A stretch of DNA of 64,000 nucleotides, taken from contig OZ024749.1 of NCBI GenBank assembly GCA_964016885.1, positions 46,128,001-46,192,000 on the forward strand. The letters are read 5' to 3'. This DNA comes from Eledone cirrhosa (lineage: Eukaryota). Made by a program: the position numbers and the translations under genes. Under the pieces are notes generated by a model. That model ran no database searches and had not been told where the DNA came from. It saw nothing but the letters and a program-made list of their open reading frames with translations. This document shows positions 14,074 to 29,900 of this stretch, one piece after another; position 1 is the first letter of the stretch; every line of letters starts with the position of its first letter.

Positions 14074-17000
14074 TATATTTATATAATATTTGTTTGTGGG
14101 TAATCCTTACGTATCACGAGAAATGATATCAGTATTAGGTGATGTTATAGAACTGCTTTAACACAAGCAGAGCTAGACTAGTTTATTCAAGCTATTGTTC
14201 ATAATGCAATCAATCTATTTTTAAAATATTGACCAATGTTGTGCACAATTATCTTCAAACGTACACAATATATTGACATTGTTTTTCTTCCTAACGTATG
14301 TCTATAGTAGTTAATATCATTCAAATGATGACGACATATAGAGACAAATTATAACACATAAGTACATAATAACAATGTATTTTAGGTATATTTTACTCTA
14401 TCAATAAATAAAGCAACCACAAGAAATGCAGCTCAATTATATGGCCACGTGTCTATTTTTTTAATGCAGATATAATAGTTAGTATTGTAAACTACATGCA
14501 ATTGCTGACCACATAAGTAGGAAACTATTTCACATAAATTTATGTATAGAACAAAACACAGGAATTTACAGGCCTATAATATTTAATAGTGCAAGAAGCA
14601 TTCAAGTATATTCAGACTTACATAGTTACAAATCTACAAAATTTATTTGATACATAATTTTGATAAGAATGATTTAAGTAAGAAATAACCATATCTGTAG
14701 TGAAGGCAGTCCTTATATATAACTGTATAAGTGACAGAGTTTCTTTTCAATATTGTTAGAGAATTATATTCACACATACATATATTTACGTTCATCGTTC
14801 CATTGTTTTCTTTGAACTTTAATTACTATAGAGAGGCATGTGAAATATATGAAAATAACAAATATATGTTTCAACAAAAGAAACAACAAAAAAGATTCAA
14901 TTTGATTTCTGCTTTTAACTTCACTTTTTTATTTATTAATTCAAGGAAATGAATTATACACATTGTCAGAATGTCAAACTAAATGTATAGTAGTATTTAT
15001 TAAAAACCCTTCCTTTACGGAGCTCACATTTTGCCAGGGTCAGTAAAATAAGTACATTCATGCATCATTTTTGGTCTTGTGCTACTCTTATGAAATTTGT
15101 ATCATAACAAATAAAGAATGAAATATGGAGTAGTTGCAACGTAGGCACACATATTTAATGTTTCTGTGAATATCTTTTAATATCTCTTTTCACACATATT
15201 CAACCGGTAGCAATCGTGGGGTTGCCACTTTATCAATGTTTTCTTCAGCCGTCCTAAATACGAACCTAAGGGGCTGTAAAATTAAATTCTTAATCACAAA
15301 GCCATGGCCGATTAAATATTAGATAGCATTTGTTCAGATGTGAATACCCGGGATTTGAACTCACAATGTTTGGAGTCTATGTTATATACTGTTAAGCCAT
15401 TCAATTATGGTGTTTAACCATGTCTAATCTCTCAACAGCATACCGATTAAACAAAGTAAGAATAGAAATATTTATATAAACAGAGACTTATGCTAAATGT
15501 TTGTCAACGCATTCTTTTTTTTTTTTCGTTATTTAACTTGCGTTCTTTTTGTGTCCATGTTTGTATTTTATTATTCTTTTTTCTGTTTGTATTTTGTTTT
15601 GTTTTTCAATTCATTTTTTTTCATTGATTTTTGGTTTGGTTTTCTATCTTTGCAGACATGTCGCCGAAAGTCTGTCTACATACTCCATGAGCAATCAATC
15701 CAGTCTGTGTGTCTTTAATCAAAATATGTCCAATTTATCTCACAATAAAGTTTACCTATCTCACAACATTTGGTAGCAAATAAAAATGAAAATAAGAATA
15801 AAATAAACATACACAAGAAAAATTGACTCATTTGATCAATTCAACAATGTTAGAATAGAAAGGAAAACGGAAGTCACCAGACCGACCGATATTAGCTAAA
15901 CTCTACTTACTACCACCAACAACAATAGCTCTCACGTATAACATTGACTATATCCACTAGCCACGATGCTACCTTATGTTATTTACTCCCCTTACCACTT
16001 CTGTCATAAGCCATTACAAAATACACTATATGATCGTTATTCGAAATACTAAAAATGGTAGCGAAATATCCCTCGTATCATGCATTGCAGTTTAAATTCT
16101 GAATGACAGATTGAATATTAATATAGTTCAAGTTATTCAAGCCTGAACGTCTGGGCAAGATTGGGACACATTTGGTCAAAGGTGTGGTCAATCAAGGTAA
16201 ATCTTGGGCTGAAGACGTTAACTGTTACCCCTCGCACCCCAGAGTGTAACAAATACATGCGTTGGTCATAATTAAGTATTACCATTCGCCCTTTTTCAGA
16301 TGTTATACAAGCTCTAGTGATACGCAAGAAATAGCTAGCCAGAGTTCAACTACATAGCATCATACAGTATACAAAATGTAGCATTCATAGGATTCCCTAA
16401 GCCGGGATTTTCACGAAAGGAACACTTTTGTTGTAATAGGCCTGCTTACTTAGAATTATGTGGGAGTTTAATCGCAGCATAAAAAATGAAAAATATATTT
16501 TATTACACAATTATGATGCGTTAATAATTTGCGTCATTGCTATACAGGACTACAGTCTATATCTATGTTTGCATACACAACTCTATGTTTAGAGGGATTT
16601 ATACATCATGTCTATATTTAAACTAACCATATGAATAGATATAAACCGGAGCAGTTTCCACTGTATGTTAAGAGTTCGATAGATAACGAAAATACTCTTT
16701 AACTGTCCTGCGAGAGAATTGTAATTAAACGTTTACACAAATTAAATGGATTGATTTTATAAATATTATGCTTTATTCGCCGCTAAATCGTACCTTAATA
16801 ATGTTAAATTTGAAACCTCAACAATAATACGGAATATATCCAAAGATTTTTTGACATGGCGTTAAATATTTTATCATTGACAGAACACTTTCCTTAACTG
16901 TTCGCTGAAGTCTATAGGTATATTATTTAGTACATTATATCATTATAATATTACAATTTCTTCCTTCACCCCAAACTGTCCACAATTACTACCACCATCA

Positions 17001-17504
17001 CATCCAATTTATGACAATATTACCACACCCACACTACTACGCTTTATCAGACCGAATAATTCTACCACCAACGTTAACAACAATTCTGTAAACATACACA
17101 TACAAACAACGAAACAGGCACAGACATATACTCTCAAAAATAAAATACTGCCGCTAAATCCCTTCGTATATTTTAGTTATCTCTTTCTCACAGTCATTCT
17201 CGTTAGTTTGTTTCATTAGTCTTCCTTAATCTTTAATTTTCATTTCATATATCATATTCTCCCACATCATTAACCACAATCATTACTTACTTTCAGATTT
17301 TGCTTAATTTCATATAACTTCTATGGCGTATTCCTCAGTCAATTTATTCAATGGACAATTGAAACTAAAACCTTCCAAACAAAACAAACACCTTTAACTT
17401 TTTAACTTCCTTTCGTCTGAAATCACCAAACAGATATTACATATGCATGCACGAATACACTAACATACACATAGTATATGTATCTATCCATAGATATTTT
17501 TGCA

Positions 17505-17569
<65 letters not shown>

Positions 17570-17572
<3 letters not shown>

Positions 17573-17760
17573 CAAGTAAGACCCCGACGGCTGAGCTCAA
17601 GCCGTTTCGACGGCTAATTCTGTACAGAGTTAGCCGTCGAAACGGCTTGAGCTCAGCCGTCGGGGTCTTACTTGTTCCTATTACCCACTCTACTACCCTA
17701 AGTATTGAGTACTTTGGTGCATTATAGTCCACCTGGTTCCTTACCACATTTCCTTCGTTA
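17570..17760 (+). mobile_element. Family B fold-back element (54-bp arms, 17570-17677) with a hammerhead 3' half
   Basis: Palindrome centred at 17623/17624 with one G-T mismatch. It contains GAAA CGGCT TGAGCTC AGCCG TC (stem III plus GUC triplet) and an unpaired tail of about 83 bp ending in (TA)n. Confidence 0.9.
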
Positions 17761-17806
17761 TATATATATATATATAAGTTTGGATTTTAAAAACAAAAAT
17801 CCATGT

Positions 17807-17970
17807 GGTCTGTGGTTTTTCTCACAGATGTGAGAAAAACCACAGACCCTCCATCTCAACTCTACTTTTGAAAAGAAAAAGAACTGCGAAACCGGTAAAG
17901 GAACCAAATAAATATATATATTTTTTAAAAAAATAAGACTCCAGTTGCATTTTCGATTTCATCTCTTTTT

Positions 17971-17975
<5 letters not shown>
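17807..17975 (+). mobile_element. Family C fold-back element (20-bp arms) with a U3-A8 hammerhead-like motif at 17865-17900
   Basis: Hairpin GGTCTGTGGTTTTTCTCACA-GA-TGTGAGAAAAACCACAGACC followed by CTT TTGAAAA GAA AAAGAAC TGC GAAA CCGG TA AAG; homologous to 39440-39594(-). Confidence 0.85.
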
Positions 17976-18020
<45 letters not shown>

Positions 18021-18655
18021 ATATATATATATACATATATACATATATGTATATATATATATATATATGCCAGTATTAATATTCCAATGTAAGGATTGAA
18101 CCCGATGGAGCCTATTCGTCGTTTCGATTTTGTGATGCTGTTATATTAAATACAATATATTTACCTTTTTCAACGCAGTCTAGATCAAATAAATCTATAT
18201 TATATCATATCACATATTAACAAAACCTTTTAACGCATCACTGATTCACACACACCTATTTATATATATATTTATACACACACACATATATATATATGTA
18301 TATATATGTTTATATATTATATGCCCATGCATCTGTTGCTCACCAAGCAAGCATGCTGCCATTTACTCAATAGCTGACTTGTTCTTCAAATAAATGACGT
18401 TCAACAATGTTTGCATAAACAACAACATATATATATCTATATCTATATCTCTATATATATATATCGATTACTAATGTTGACAAATAAGTTACATATTTTC
18501 TGAGAGGTCATAGTTTATTTTACACATCGATCTCTATGATAGCCCTTATTGATTTTGAAATGACGTAAGTCAAAATTGTGCCGAGAACATTTGAACTATA
18601 GACGTAAAAATATGCAATTACATTTGCATGACACTATAATGATGCCATTAATTAC

Positions 18656-18788
18656 TTGCCATTCTGATTTCAAATCCCGCCGAGGTTTACTTTGCCTTTC
18701 ATCCTTACGGGGTCGATGAAATAAACTACCAGTAATACACTGGGTAATTGGGTAATTGCTGGCCTTGTGCCAAAAGTAGAAACAATTA
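18656..18788 (+). mobile_element. SINE main family, 5'-truncated
   Basis: B-box region, core and tail are present. Confidence 0.85.
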
Positions 18789-19161
18789 ATTACATGATCC
18801 TAGTGATGATGATGATGAGGAGGAAACTGGTTTGTAATTCATTCACTGTGCAGCAATTTGGGAGGTTATTTTATCAAATTTCCCCATTACATGAAACTTA
18901 CATTATTTTATTGACACAGAGAGAATAAATGCCAATGATAAACTCCGGATTTGAACTAAGAACGTAAAGACTCGTCCATAAATACTGTGATCCATTTGTC
19001 TAACTCTAATTATTCTGTTAATCCAACGCTCAAATGGGGTGGAAAATAATGATTATGTACTATTGACTAGCCAAGATAGAATGAAAGTGGTTATCTACGA
19101 GTAGTCAACTACCATTTCCTTACAACACAGCCTAGCCGACTCTATGAGAGGGAGGGCAGAC

Positions 19162-19163
<2 letters not shown>

Positions 19164-19250
<87 letters not shown>

Positions 19251-19259
19251 GAGAGAGAT

Positions 19260-19300
<41 letters not shown>

Positions 19301-19322
19301 GAGAGGGAGGGAGAGAGAGAGA

Positions 19323-19365
<43 letters not shown>
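19164..19365. repeat. (GA)n microsatellite
   Basis: Direct reading. Confidence 0.97.
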
Positions 19366-19369
<4 letters not shown>

Positions 19370-19691
19370 TGAGAGAGATAGAGAAAAATAGAATGATTCC
19401 TAAATTGGTTGTATTTACGAAGAAGAGATGTTCACTCTGGTACATGATTGGTATATATATTTTTCAACCAGCCGGATGAAAGACAAAGATTTCGTTAGGA
19501 CCTATGGTCTCCCAGTACATACTGCAAATAATATTCTCAGATGCTGTGATGATTCTAACGGTTAATATATGTTGTGTTTCTATGTCTCTCTGACTGCATG
19601 TGTTTGTTTTGCTTTATTACAAGAAAATCTATATTAATTAAACATAAATTTTCCACCTCTATACATAATTTAGGATTTTATTTCATATTTT

Positions 19692-19850
19692 AATAATTGT
19701 TTCTACTTTTGGCACAAGGCCAGCAATTATTCCTGTGCATTACTGGTACTTTATTTTATCAACCCCATAAGTGTGAAAGGCAATGTTAACCTCGGCGGGA
19801 TTTGCACTCAAACCGTAAAGGGCTCTACCGATACTGCCAATCCACCGCAC
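19692..19850 (-). mobile_element. SINE main family, internally deleted
   Basis: Tail, core and head CCGATACTGCCAATCCACCGC in reverse orientation. Confidence 0.85.
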
Positions 19851-19869
19851 CTCATATTTTAATAATATT

Positions 19870-19938
19870 AGCCCTTGCCATTCTGAGTTCAAATCCCGCC
19901 GAGGTTAACTTTGCCTTTCATCCTTACGAGGTCGATAC
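19870..19938 (+). mobile_element. SINE main family fragment
   Basis: GCCCTTGCCATTCTGAGTTCAAATCCCGCCGAGGTTAACTTTGCCTTTCATCC. Confidence 0.85.
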
Positions 19939-20331
19939 AATTATACTTTTATGTCTCCCGATACAGAACTGTCTAGTGTCGAAGATTCAAGAAAAGATTC
20001 ATCGTTGACATTAATATTAACAAGAACGTCGAACTGTTAACTATGTATGGTTTAAAATATTTTCTATATTTTCAGTGCTCTGCTTACCCAGTCAATTATT
20101 TGGAATCGTAAGTTTTATGAGATTTTTACACGGATGTTCAGAAATATAGCAATGCGCATGAATAATCATAGGTACAAATGTATATTTACAACCTGTATAG
20201 AGGAGGTTATAAAGGTGTAGACTATATCATTCTCACTGAATTTGAAAGGAATGTCCACGTTAGCAAATCAGCACACCTATCTTTATCTATGTTTACTATT
20301 TCTGTTTTACTCACTCCCTCTAAAACCCCAC

Positions 20332-20379
<48 letters not shown>

Positions 20380-20420
20380 GCACCCACCCACGAGAGAGAG
20401 AGAGAAAGAGAGAGAGAGAG

Positions 20421-20497
<77 letters not shown>

Positions 20498-22288
20498 GAG
20501 AGAGTATGAGGGAGATGGGTTTAGAGCAATGTAGGGTAGGCCTCTTAGTCTTTTTCCCATATAACACCCGCTTCCGTCTGTATTAGTATATATTCAGAGA
20601 CATCGAGACTACTTGTGTAATAGACCACTGGGTAGATATCTATATATCATTCTATCTATCTCTGTATCCCTTCTCCCTCTCACACACACTCTTTCTCTGT
20701 GTATGTATATATATATATATAGAAATAGAGAGAGAGGCAATGATTGTATACATATTGAAGCCTCAACCCACAAGTATCTCTCTCCCACTCCCTCCTCTCT
20801 CTCTCCCTCTTTCTCTCTCTCTCTCTATATATATGTAGCTTTGTTAGACTCATAGCTATATATAAATGTACATAAACTTACTTAACTAAGCTAAGCTTAG
20901 TTCATAATCTTAATCTAAATTGAATACGCAACGAAAGATCACGTCTTAAAGCTCGCACAGTCACGTTGCACTTAATCTAGTCAGGTGTCATGTCGACTTC
21001 CTGTCTAGTGATTAACTGACCCAAACAATGAGATATCGGTATAAAAGGAATTACGTTTATAATTTCTGAAATATTTTAGACTGCAGAGTTTTTTTTTCCT
21101 CTTATTAAATAACTAATCCACAAAGTTTCGATCAGAATCTTTCAGTAATGTCTCTTCTGGATAATAATTAATGAGCTTTAAGTTTGGTTAGAAAATCCCT
21201 CTATGTATTGTCTTCCATATCATACGTATTGGTCCAGTGGTTACAATAATATCTAGGAATATACATAGGTTGTGATTTCAGTTTCCTATCAATCTGAAGA
21301 TTTTCCATTCTTCGTCAGCTTCATTTAGTTGTTTCTACGAATTGCTAGGGTAGCATGTGGGAGAAATACCTTTAACTTTCCTTAACATGTTGTGTTATTC
21401 AGGTGTATGACTCTCCTGATAAACAACCATGAAATCGTTTAAAAATTATATACAATTTAAATATATTTTTAGTTCAATTCTTCCTAAGATATGTACTGTA
21501 TTTGCCCTTACAGTTGATTAGGTCCAGTTCAGTTTCGATGAAGCGTACATTTGACATAATTCGCTCCTGTTATAGTAAGGCCTGCTTTTTTGAGTTAGAG
21601 ACGAAACAACAACATTTTTAAGTGGGAAAGGAATGTTTCGTAAGCTATTTGGCTGCTAAATCTGACTGGAAGAACAACCTCATTCAGGCTTCTACAATAT
21701 ACATACACACACACACACATATATACATATATAGTGTATTTATATATATACTTTTATATATATACTTTTATATATAGAGAGAGAGCGAGTTATGTACGTA
21801 TATATTCTGTTTATATATACTTATACATATATACACACAAACATATATATATATATATATACGTATGTTTGTGTGTGTGTGTGTGCGTGTGTGTGTGTGC
21901 GTGTAAATATATATACAAAGCTAATATAATCTACACAGAAAACATAGGAATAGGCAGAAGTCACGTATGATTTACGCCCGATAATAATGTACGTATATTT
22001 TAGGTACATATAATAATGGATTATAAAAATGTCAACATCAATATTTAAATGTTCTTCCATTTTAAGCAATGGCTATAAATATAATTCTTTGTTCTACAAT
22101 CAGATTCGTTGTTGGTAGAGTGCATTTTTATTCGTTTCTAGCGATTTTACATGAAAAAGAAATTACCATCATCAACATCGTCCCCAACCTCACCAATTTC
22201 ATCATCATCATCATCATCAACCTCTTCCTCATCGTCATCATCGTCATCATCATCATCATCATCATCATCATCTTCTTCTTCTTTTTAA

Positions 22289-22477
22289 TAATAATTGTTT
22301 CTACTTTTGGCACAAGGCCAGCAATTACATAGTACATTACTGGTACTTTATTTTATCGACCTCGTAAAGATGAAAGGCAAAGTTAACCTCGAAGGGATTT
22401 TAACTCAGACCGTAAAAGGACGTAACTATGCTGGAAAGCATGGTGTCCGACCTTCTACCGATACCGCCAATTCACCT
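22289..22477 (-). mobile_element. SINE main family
   Basis: Tail, core and head in reverse orientation. Confidence 0.88.
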
Positions 22478-22505
22478 TCTTAATAATAATAATAATAATA
22501 ATAAT

Positions 22506-22650
22506 AATTGTTTTTTCTATTGGGGGAGGGGAAAGTCGATTAAATCGGCTCCAGTTCATAACTGGTACTTTATTTTATTGACCCCGGAAGGATGAAAGGC
22601 AAAGCAAACGTATGTGGGATTTGAACTCAGAATGAAAAAGATCGTAACTA
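22506..22650 (-). mobile_element. Related older SINE (same core, different tail)
   Basis: CTGGTACTTTATTTTATTGACCCCGGAAGGATGAAAGGCAAAG...GGGATTTGAACTCAG with an (AAT)n tail on the left. Confidence 0.75.
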
Positions 22651-24223
22651 CATGTTAAAAGGCATAATGTTAAGCTTTAAATTATGACATTTGCTTTCAC
22701 TAATACTTTATATGTGCACATTCAATGTTCCTACATAATGCAAATGTATACATAATTGGCATATATAGATATATACATATGCCTTCTATTCGACGGCCTT
22801 TCACAACATTTGCCTCCGTAATTTCGCACACATGTCTTTAATCGAATCGAGATGAAAATAAAGCAATTTTCCCAGAGATCCTGCCATGGGATCAATGCTG
22901 CAACATTCTAATTTTAAATTAAAATTCATATCCAAATACCCATGACTTTGACCTAAAATCTAGATAAGGCAGACAACTGATGTAAAATATATGGAATAAA
23001 CATGAAGGATATCACTCATATCATCGTATCATAAACAACTGTTTGAAGATGTCCTCATGGTACAATCTGCCTATGAGGAATAAGGTTTGGCCACAATACT
23101 ACATAATGGAATACGTAGAAATGGTTAGACGTGAAGAGAAAAAATATGAAAAAAATTGCAGCAAATTAGAAGGCAAAGAATAATACGTCATGGAGTACTT
23201 CGACGTTTTGTAGATAGACCAGCTACAAATAGTAACTACATTCCTTTTAATTATCAGTGTCTTCTTATATATCCCACTGATAGATTAGAAAGTGTTGTGG
23301 TTTTGACTGGAATGTTTTAAATGGGGTCCGTCAATCAATATTGCAATGGGATTAAACAAACATAAACACAAAGTAGCACTCACACACCTATACACCATAT
23401 ATATACATACATGCATATATGTATATATGCACATATATATATGTGTGTGGGTGAATGTGTGTGTATGAGTGTGTGTATGTGTGTGTGTGTCTGTGTGTGA
23501 TGGTGTGTGTGTGCGTAGATAGATATATCACTAGATATACTCACATAAATACTAGAAATGGCAACGAAACATATTTTGCCCCCCTCCCAAAAATTAAACA
23601 ACTATCAATGTGGTTGTGGCTTCTCCCATGCACAAAAGAAATATATGTGGATGGCCACGGCAGGAATGCTTTGATAATACATTCATTTCATCGCACAATT
23701 TGGCTAAACATAACAACTACACACGAGATGAAATAAAAATAAGACGAAAACAACTGCAAGAAGAATAAATATAATATGAGCAACAGCAGTCAATAGACAG
23801 CTGCCACGACAGCAGCACCAAATGATAATAGTCCAGTGAGAAGAACAGCACCAACAACAACATTGCCGAAAGCAATGGTAAAAATTGCCAGAAGCAATCA
23901 CTGAAAATAAAAGAGATATTTACTTTAGGAATAGTTTTTCTCAATTTCAAAAGAGTTTCCCACCCTTATTAAAGACACAATCGCCACCACTCATATATCA
24001 AACACAAACAAGACAACTAAACCTTCTTTAAAATACGTTGACTGCGACAAAAGAGTCGAAGAAGAAATGAAGTATGTATGTATAAGCACACACATGTATA
24101 TATGTGTGTATGTATCTATCTATTTATATAAACATATAAATATATATATATATATATATGCCTGTGTGTGTGTATGTATATATAAATATATATATATATA
24201 TACATACACACACAGAGGCACAC

Positions 24224-24295
<72 letters not shown>

Positions 24296-26057
24296 AGTGT
24301 GTGGGTGTGTGGGTGTGTATGTGTGTGTGTGTGGGTGTGTGTGTATGTGTGTGTGTGTATTTGTGTAACATTTTCAAGCTGGGAGTGTAAAGTATATTTT
24401 ATTAATCTACGAACGTGGAATTTGAAAATAATTTTGCCGCATGGCAGATAACTAGAAGTATTAGTTATTAACTATAGATATTATTTGAATAAGTCACGTA
24501 AAGTACTACTGAAAGTGAAACAGTGGCTATTGATGGATGTGGAGTTTGATCCTTGCATACCACACATGGAAGACGAGTGCTGGTAACTCTTACACTTATA
24601 TCATTTATCTGCTGCCTTCAGACCTGGATAGGGTTGGGATTCGGAACGTTTAAAATACCCAAGAAACATTCTATTGCACTACGGTACCCCTACGCCTTCA
24701 TCAGGATTTACGGAAACATACCATATCCTAACTAATAAAGTGCATTTATCTTTCCTTACTTTTTAAATTTTGTCGTTAAGTTGTACTACCATGATTTTAA
24801 AATCTCCGAATAGAAGTACAAGAACACTGGCGAACACAAATTTTTGGCGCCTACGAATTTAAACCTATCCTGATATATGTTTGAGTTAGTCCCCAAATAG
24901 TTCTACCATGCGAAATAAGAGAAAGATTTGGTTGTCATTGACCAGTGTAATTATTGTTATTGATGTTGCTGTTGTTGTTATTGTTGTTGTTGTTACTAAT
25001 TCTGTGTGTAAAATTTCAGTGCAACATTTTCAGATCAGTGAGCGCAATGGGTGCAAATATACATTACTAGTGCATAGCAATAAATAAATGTCCATACACT
25101 GTTTGTATAATGAGCACGTCACTAGATGAAAGTCTAAAATTGTAAAGTAAATAAGAAGACAACAACAAACAAAATGGAAAATAATACTACAATGGAAGCA
25201 GATCTTCCAGTTTTAACTACTGTCGTTGTTAGTATTGTTTCTGCAACAGTTGTGTTGCTGTTGTTGTTGTTGTTGCTGTTGTAATGTTGTTATTGCTTAT
25301 TGTATATGCTGGTGTTACTCATATTGTTATTATTATTCTTGTTAATTATATTGTATTTGTTGGTGTTGGATTAGTTGTTTGTTTTCATTGCTGTTAAGAC
25401 TACTTCTGTTGTTGGGGGTCATTGGTGTTGTTTTTTTCTTATGTTGTCCGTTGTTGTTATTGATTTTAAAATGTTAAGTGTAGAGAGAGAAATATCATTT
25501 TGTTGGGGAGGATACGAAGGAAAAAGCGCGAGACTATATTCATAGTTCTTTTACAGTTAACTAATAGAAATATTTATTTAGCGTCATTGCTAGATATAGA
25601 GTTGGTTAGTCTTATGCCGAACATCACTGAGACGACATATGAAATATTAATGGACACTCCTGACCCCAGGCCAGTCAATAATCACAATTAGAAATGTAAT
25701 ATTCACCTCAATTAACACCGAAATTGATATAGCTACAAAGATAAATACATTGAGCTGGTCATCGGCGCAATACACGTAACGTTTAATGAACGATAAACAT
25801 GTTAAGTACAAATTTAAATATCTCTTTGTTTATAGAAATACTCTATTGCCTATAATAACATGCTGATGCCGGTCGCAGAACTTACTTTCAATTGGAACAT
25901 CCCTCCCTGTTATCCTAGGAGCAATGATTGTTTATACTGGTGCTAACTACAGTAATTAACAAAAAGTCTTAACGTTTTACATGATGTAGATTTCGGTTAT
26001 GTTTAAGTGTTGAGTATGTTTCTAAAAAATTAATCATTAATTATTTCCATTACAACG

Positions 26058-26244
26058 GGTGGTGGTTTAGCAGAATCGCAAGAAAGTCGGACGCCATGCT
26101 TTGCAGTATAGAGTTATGGCCCTTTTTCGTTCTGAGTTCAAATCTCGCCGAGGTTAACTTTCATCCTTATGGCGGTCGATAAAATAAAGTACCAGTAATG
26201 CAATGAGATAATTGCTGGCCTTGTACCAAAAGTAGAAACAATTA
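26058..26244 (+). mobile_element. SINE main family, near full length
   Basis: Head, B box GAGTTCAAATC, core and tail. Confidence 0.88.
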
Positions 26245-26585
26245 ATCTTTTCATTTACGGAATAATTTCAAAATTTTCTTTTGCAGTAGGTAAAACGTAA
26301 ATTTTCCATAGTTTCCGATTTCGTGTTGAAAGCAGGAACTTTATTCTGATTCTTTATTCGTAGAATATGATACTTATTGCAAAACTATTGCATTGGTTTT
26401 ATTATATCCATTAGTAGTGTTATTGCCAATTAGGGGATTATTAGTTTTTAAATTGATTCGACAAGTTTAGGGTTACGTTGTTGATGATAGAATGGAAAGA
26501 AGTGACACCGTTGTGGCAGATATTGCTTGTAACAAATGACGTTAATGAAAGAGAAGATTGGTTTCACATAGGACCACAAAAACAA

Positions 26586-26742
<157 letters not shown>

Positions 26743-27129
26743 ATATATATACATATATATGTTTATGTGTGTAGTGTTCTTTCAGATAGTTTCTGTCTAT
26801 CAAAATTCACTCACGAAGTATTGGAAGACCGAAGAATTCGGCTGAAGTTACACATACTCAAGATACACACACTCAAATCACATATACATACATACTTACC
26901 TATATATGGGTATATATATATATTTATATATGGTGGTAATAGTAATTATGACGATGATGATGATGATATGATCATAATGACTACGATAATAATAGTAATA
27001 ATAAAAAAAGAAAAATAACAAATGGTATAAAACAATATATAAAGAGATTTACTTATAAATATATACACACATATTCATTTATATATATATTATATATGTA
27101 TATATATATATACACACATATATATATGT

Positions 27130-28183
27130 ATATATATAAAATTAAGTGTGTGTGTGTGTGGGGGGGGGTGTAATTATGTATATTACATATATGGGCCTAC
27201 ATCTTACGACCGATTTTCATGAAACTTTACAGGCTCATAGATTAGTCATCGCGGAGTGTTTTCCATGTATCAGCGTATCGTTTTCTTTTATTCAGGGGTC
27301 ATTCGGCAGATAAAAATCGATATGGGGGGGGGGGGGGTCACCTTTTTTTAGGTATCGAAAAATAAGATTTTGGGCTCTAGCTCCCACATTTTGGCACCGA
27401 TTTCGTTAAGATTTCAAAGCATTGATCATTGCTCATCCTGTAATGGCTTTATATTTTGCATATGTTGTTCAGGGATGGCGTGGCAGCCGCTTAAATATTC
27501 AAAAATACCACTTTTAGACTCAAATTTCTTTTAGACTCAAATTTCTTTTTCGGCTCTAGCTCTCACATTAATCAACCTACTTTGTTCAAATTTTACACTA
27601 CGCTTTATCTGATTATTTCACGTCTTAATATGGTTTTACACTTTGGATTTTTTGCTCAGGAGTGGCGTGGCAGCCGCTTAAATATTCGAAAATACCACAT
27701 TTTCGCTAAAGTTTCCGCCTTCTCGGCTCTAACTGCCACATTTTTCTACCGATTTCGTTCAAATTCGAAACTTCGGCTTCACCTCACACATAAATCAATG
27801 TATTTTGTTCAACTTTTATACTACCATAGAACCTATCATTAGCCCCCACATTTTTCAACCGATTTCGTTCAAATTCGAAAGTTCGGTTCCACCTCACACA
27901 TAAATCAATTTATTTGGTTCAACTTTTATACTACGATAGAACCTATCATTGCACATTTTATAGTAGCTTTACACTTTGCATTTTTTGTTCAGGGACAGCG
28001 TGGCAGCCGTTTAACTCTTCATAATACGATTTTACCCACCTCCCACATATTCCATACGATTTCACTCAACATTTCGCCATTTGGTACACCTTACGACCGA
28101 TTTTCAAGAAACTCGCAATCGCTAAGATCAACAACTTTTCATCAAATCAGATATTATTTTACCTACCCAGGCAACGCTGCTAG
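27130..28183 (+). mobile_element. Non-autonomous Helitron-like element with internal subrepeats
   Basis: The 3' end CCCAGGCAACGCTG-CTAG|T is a shortened version of the hairpin plus CTAG end at 46140. CGTGGCAGCCG occurs three times and a unit of about 109 bp is tandemly duplicated (27737-27950). The 5' end is uncertain within (TA)n. Confidence 0.65.
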
Positions 28184-28209
28184 TATATAAATATATTTAC
28201 AAATATTTT

Positions 28210-28256
<47 letters not shown>

Positions 28257-28289
28257 CTGCTAGTATATAAATATATTTACACATATTTA

Positions 28290-28860
<571 letters not shown>

Positions 28861-28921
28861 CTATATATATATTTGTAAATATATTTATATATATATATAT
28901 ATATGTGTGTATATATAAATA

Positions 28922-29022
<101 letters not shown>

Positions 29023-29752
29023 GTTATATATATACATATATATATATTATATATACATATATAATATATATATAAATGAATATGTGTGTATATATTTATA
29101 AGTATATCTCTTTATCTCTTTATATATTATTTTATACCATTCGTTATTTTTCTATTTTATTATTACTATTATTATTCGCTGTTTTGGCAAATTATTATCG
29201 TAGTCATTATGATCATATCATCATCATCATCGTCATAATTACTATTACCACCATTACCACCACCACCACCACCACCGTCGTAATGGTCATCGCCATCGTC
29301 TCTCGTTATTATCATGACTATATTATTTCACTCATATTCCATCTTTCAACTACTTTTGAATACGTATTATATTCTTTCATGTCGAAATCCACGTTCCACT
29401 TTCACCATCACCACCACGCATCTTCTGCCTCTAGTTCTCTAACTCTCAACACACACATACACCTAAACACACAGACTAAAAACAGGCAGGAACATTTTAC
29501 ACACAAGCCAACCACACGATACCATGCCAATCTACACATCATGGTGTTACAATATATACAACATTTACACCCACCAACATAATTCCCTTTCCTCTCTCAC
29601 GCTTTTGGAAGTCCTTTATCTCATATTATTTCTCAACTCCAGTCTTTAACTCCCTCTATATATTTATCTGTCTATCTCTTTTACACAACCACTGACATAT
29701 GCACACACAGTAAAGTATCTTCTACACACGTTACATTTCTATGCATCTCTAT

Positions 29753-29856
<104 letters not shown>

Positions 29857-29860
29857 TATA

Positions 29861-29900
<40 letters not shown>

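Noticed and set aside
15657-15760. Possible splice acceptor TTTCTATCTTTGCAG followed by a short open frame
   Set aside because: No convincing donor site or protein similarity; such acceptors arise often in T-rich DNA.
17570-17677. CRISPR repeat, rho-independent terminator or pre-miRNA interpretation of the hairpins
   Set aside because: The context is eukaryotic with no repeat-spacer periodicity, and the hairpins are dispersed multi-copy elements with asymmetric tails. Small-RNA production cannot be judged from sequence alone.
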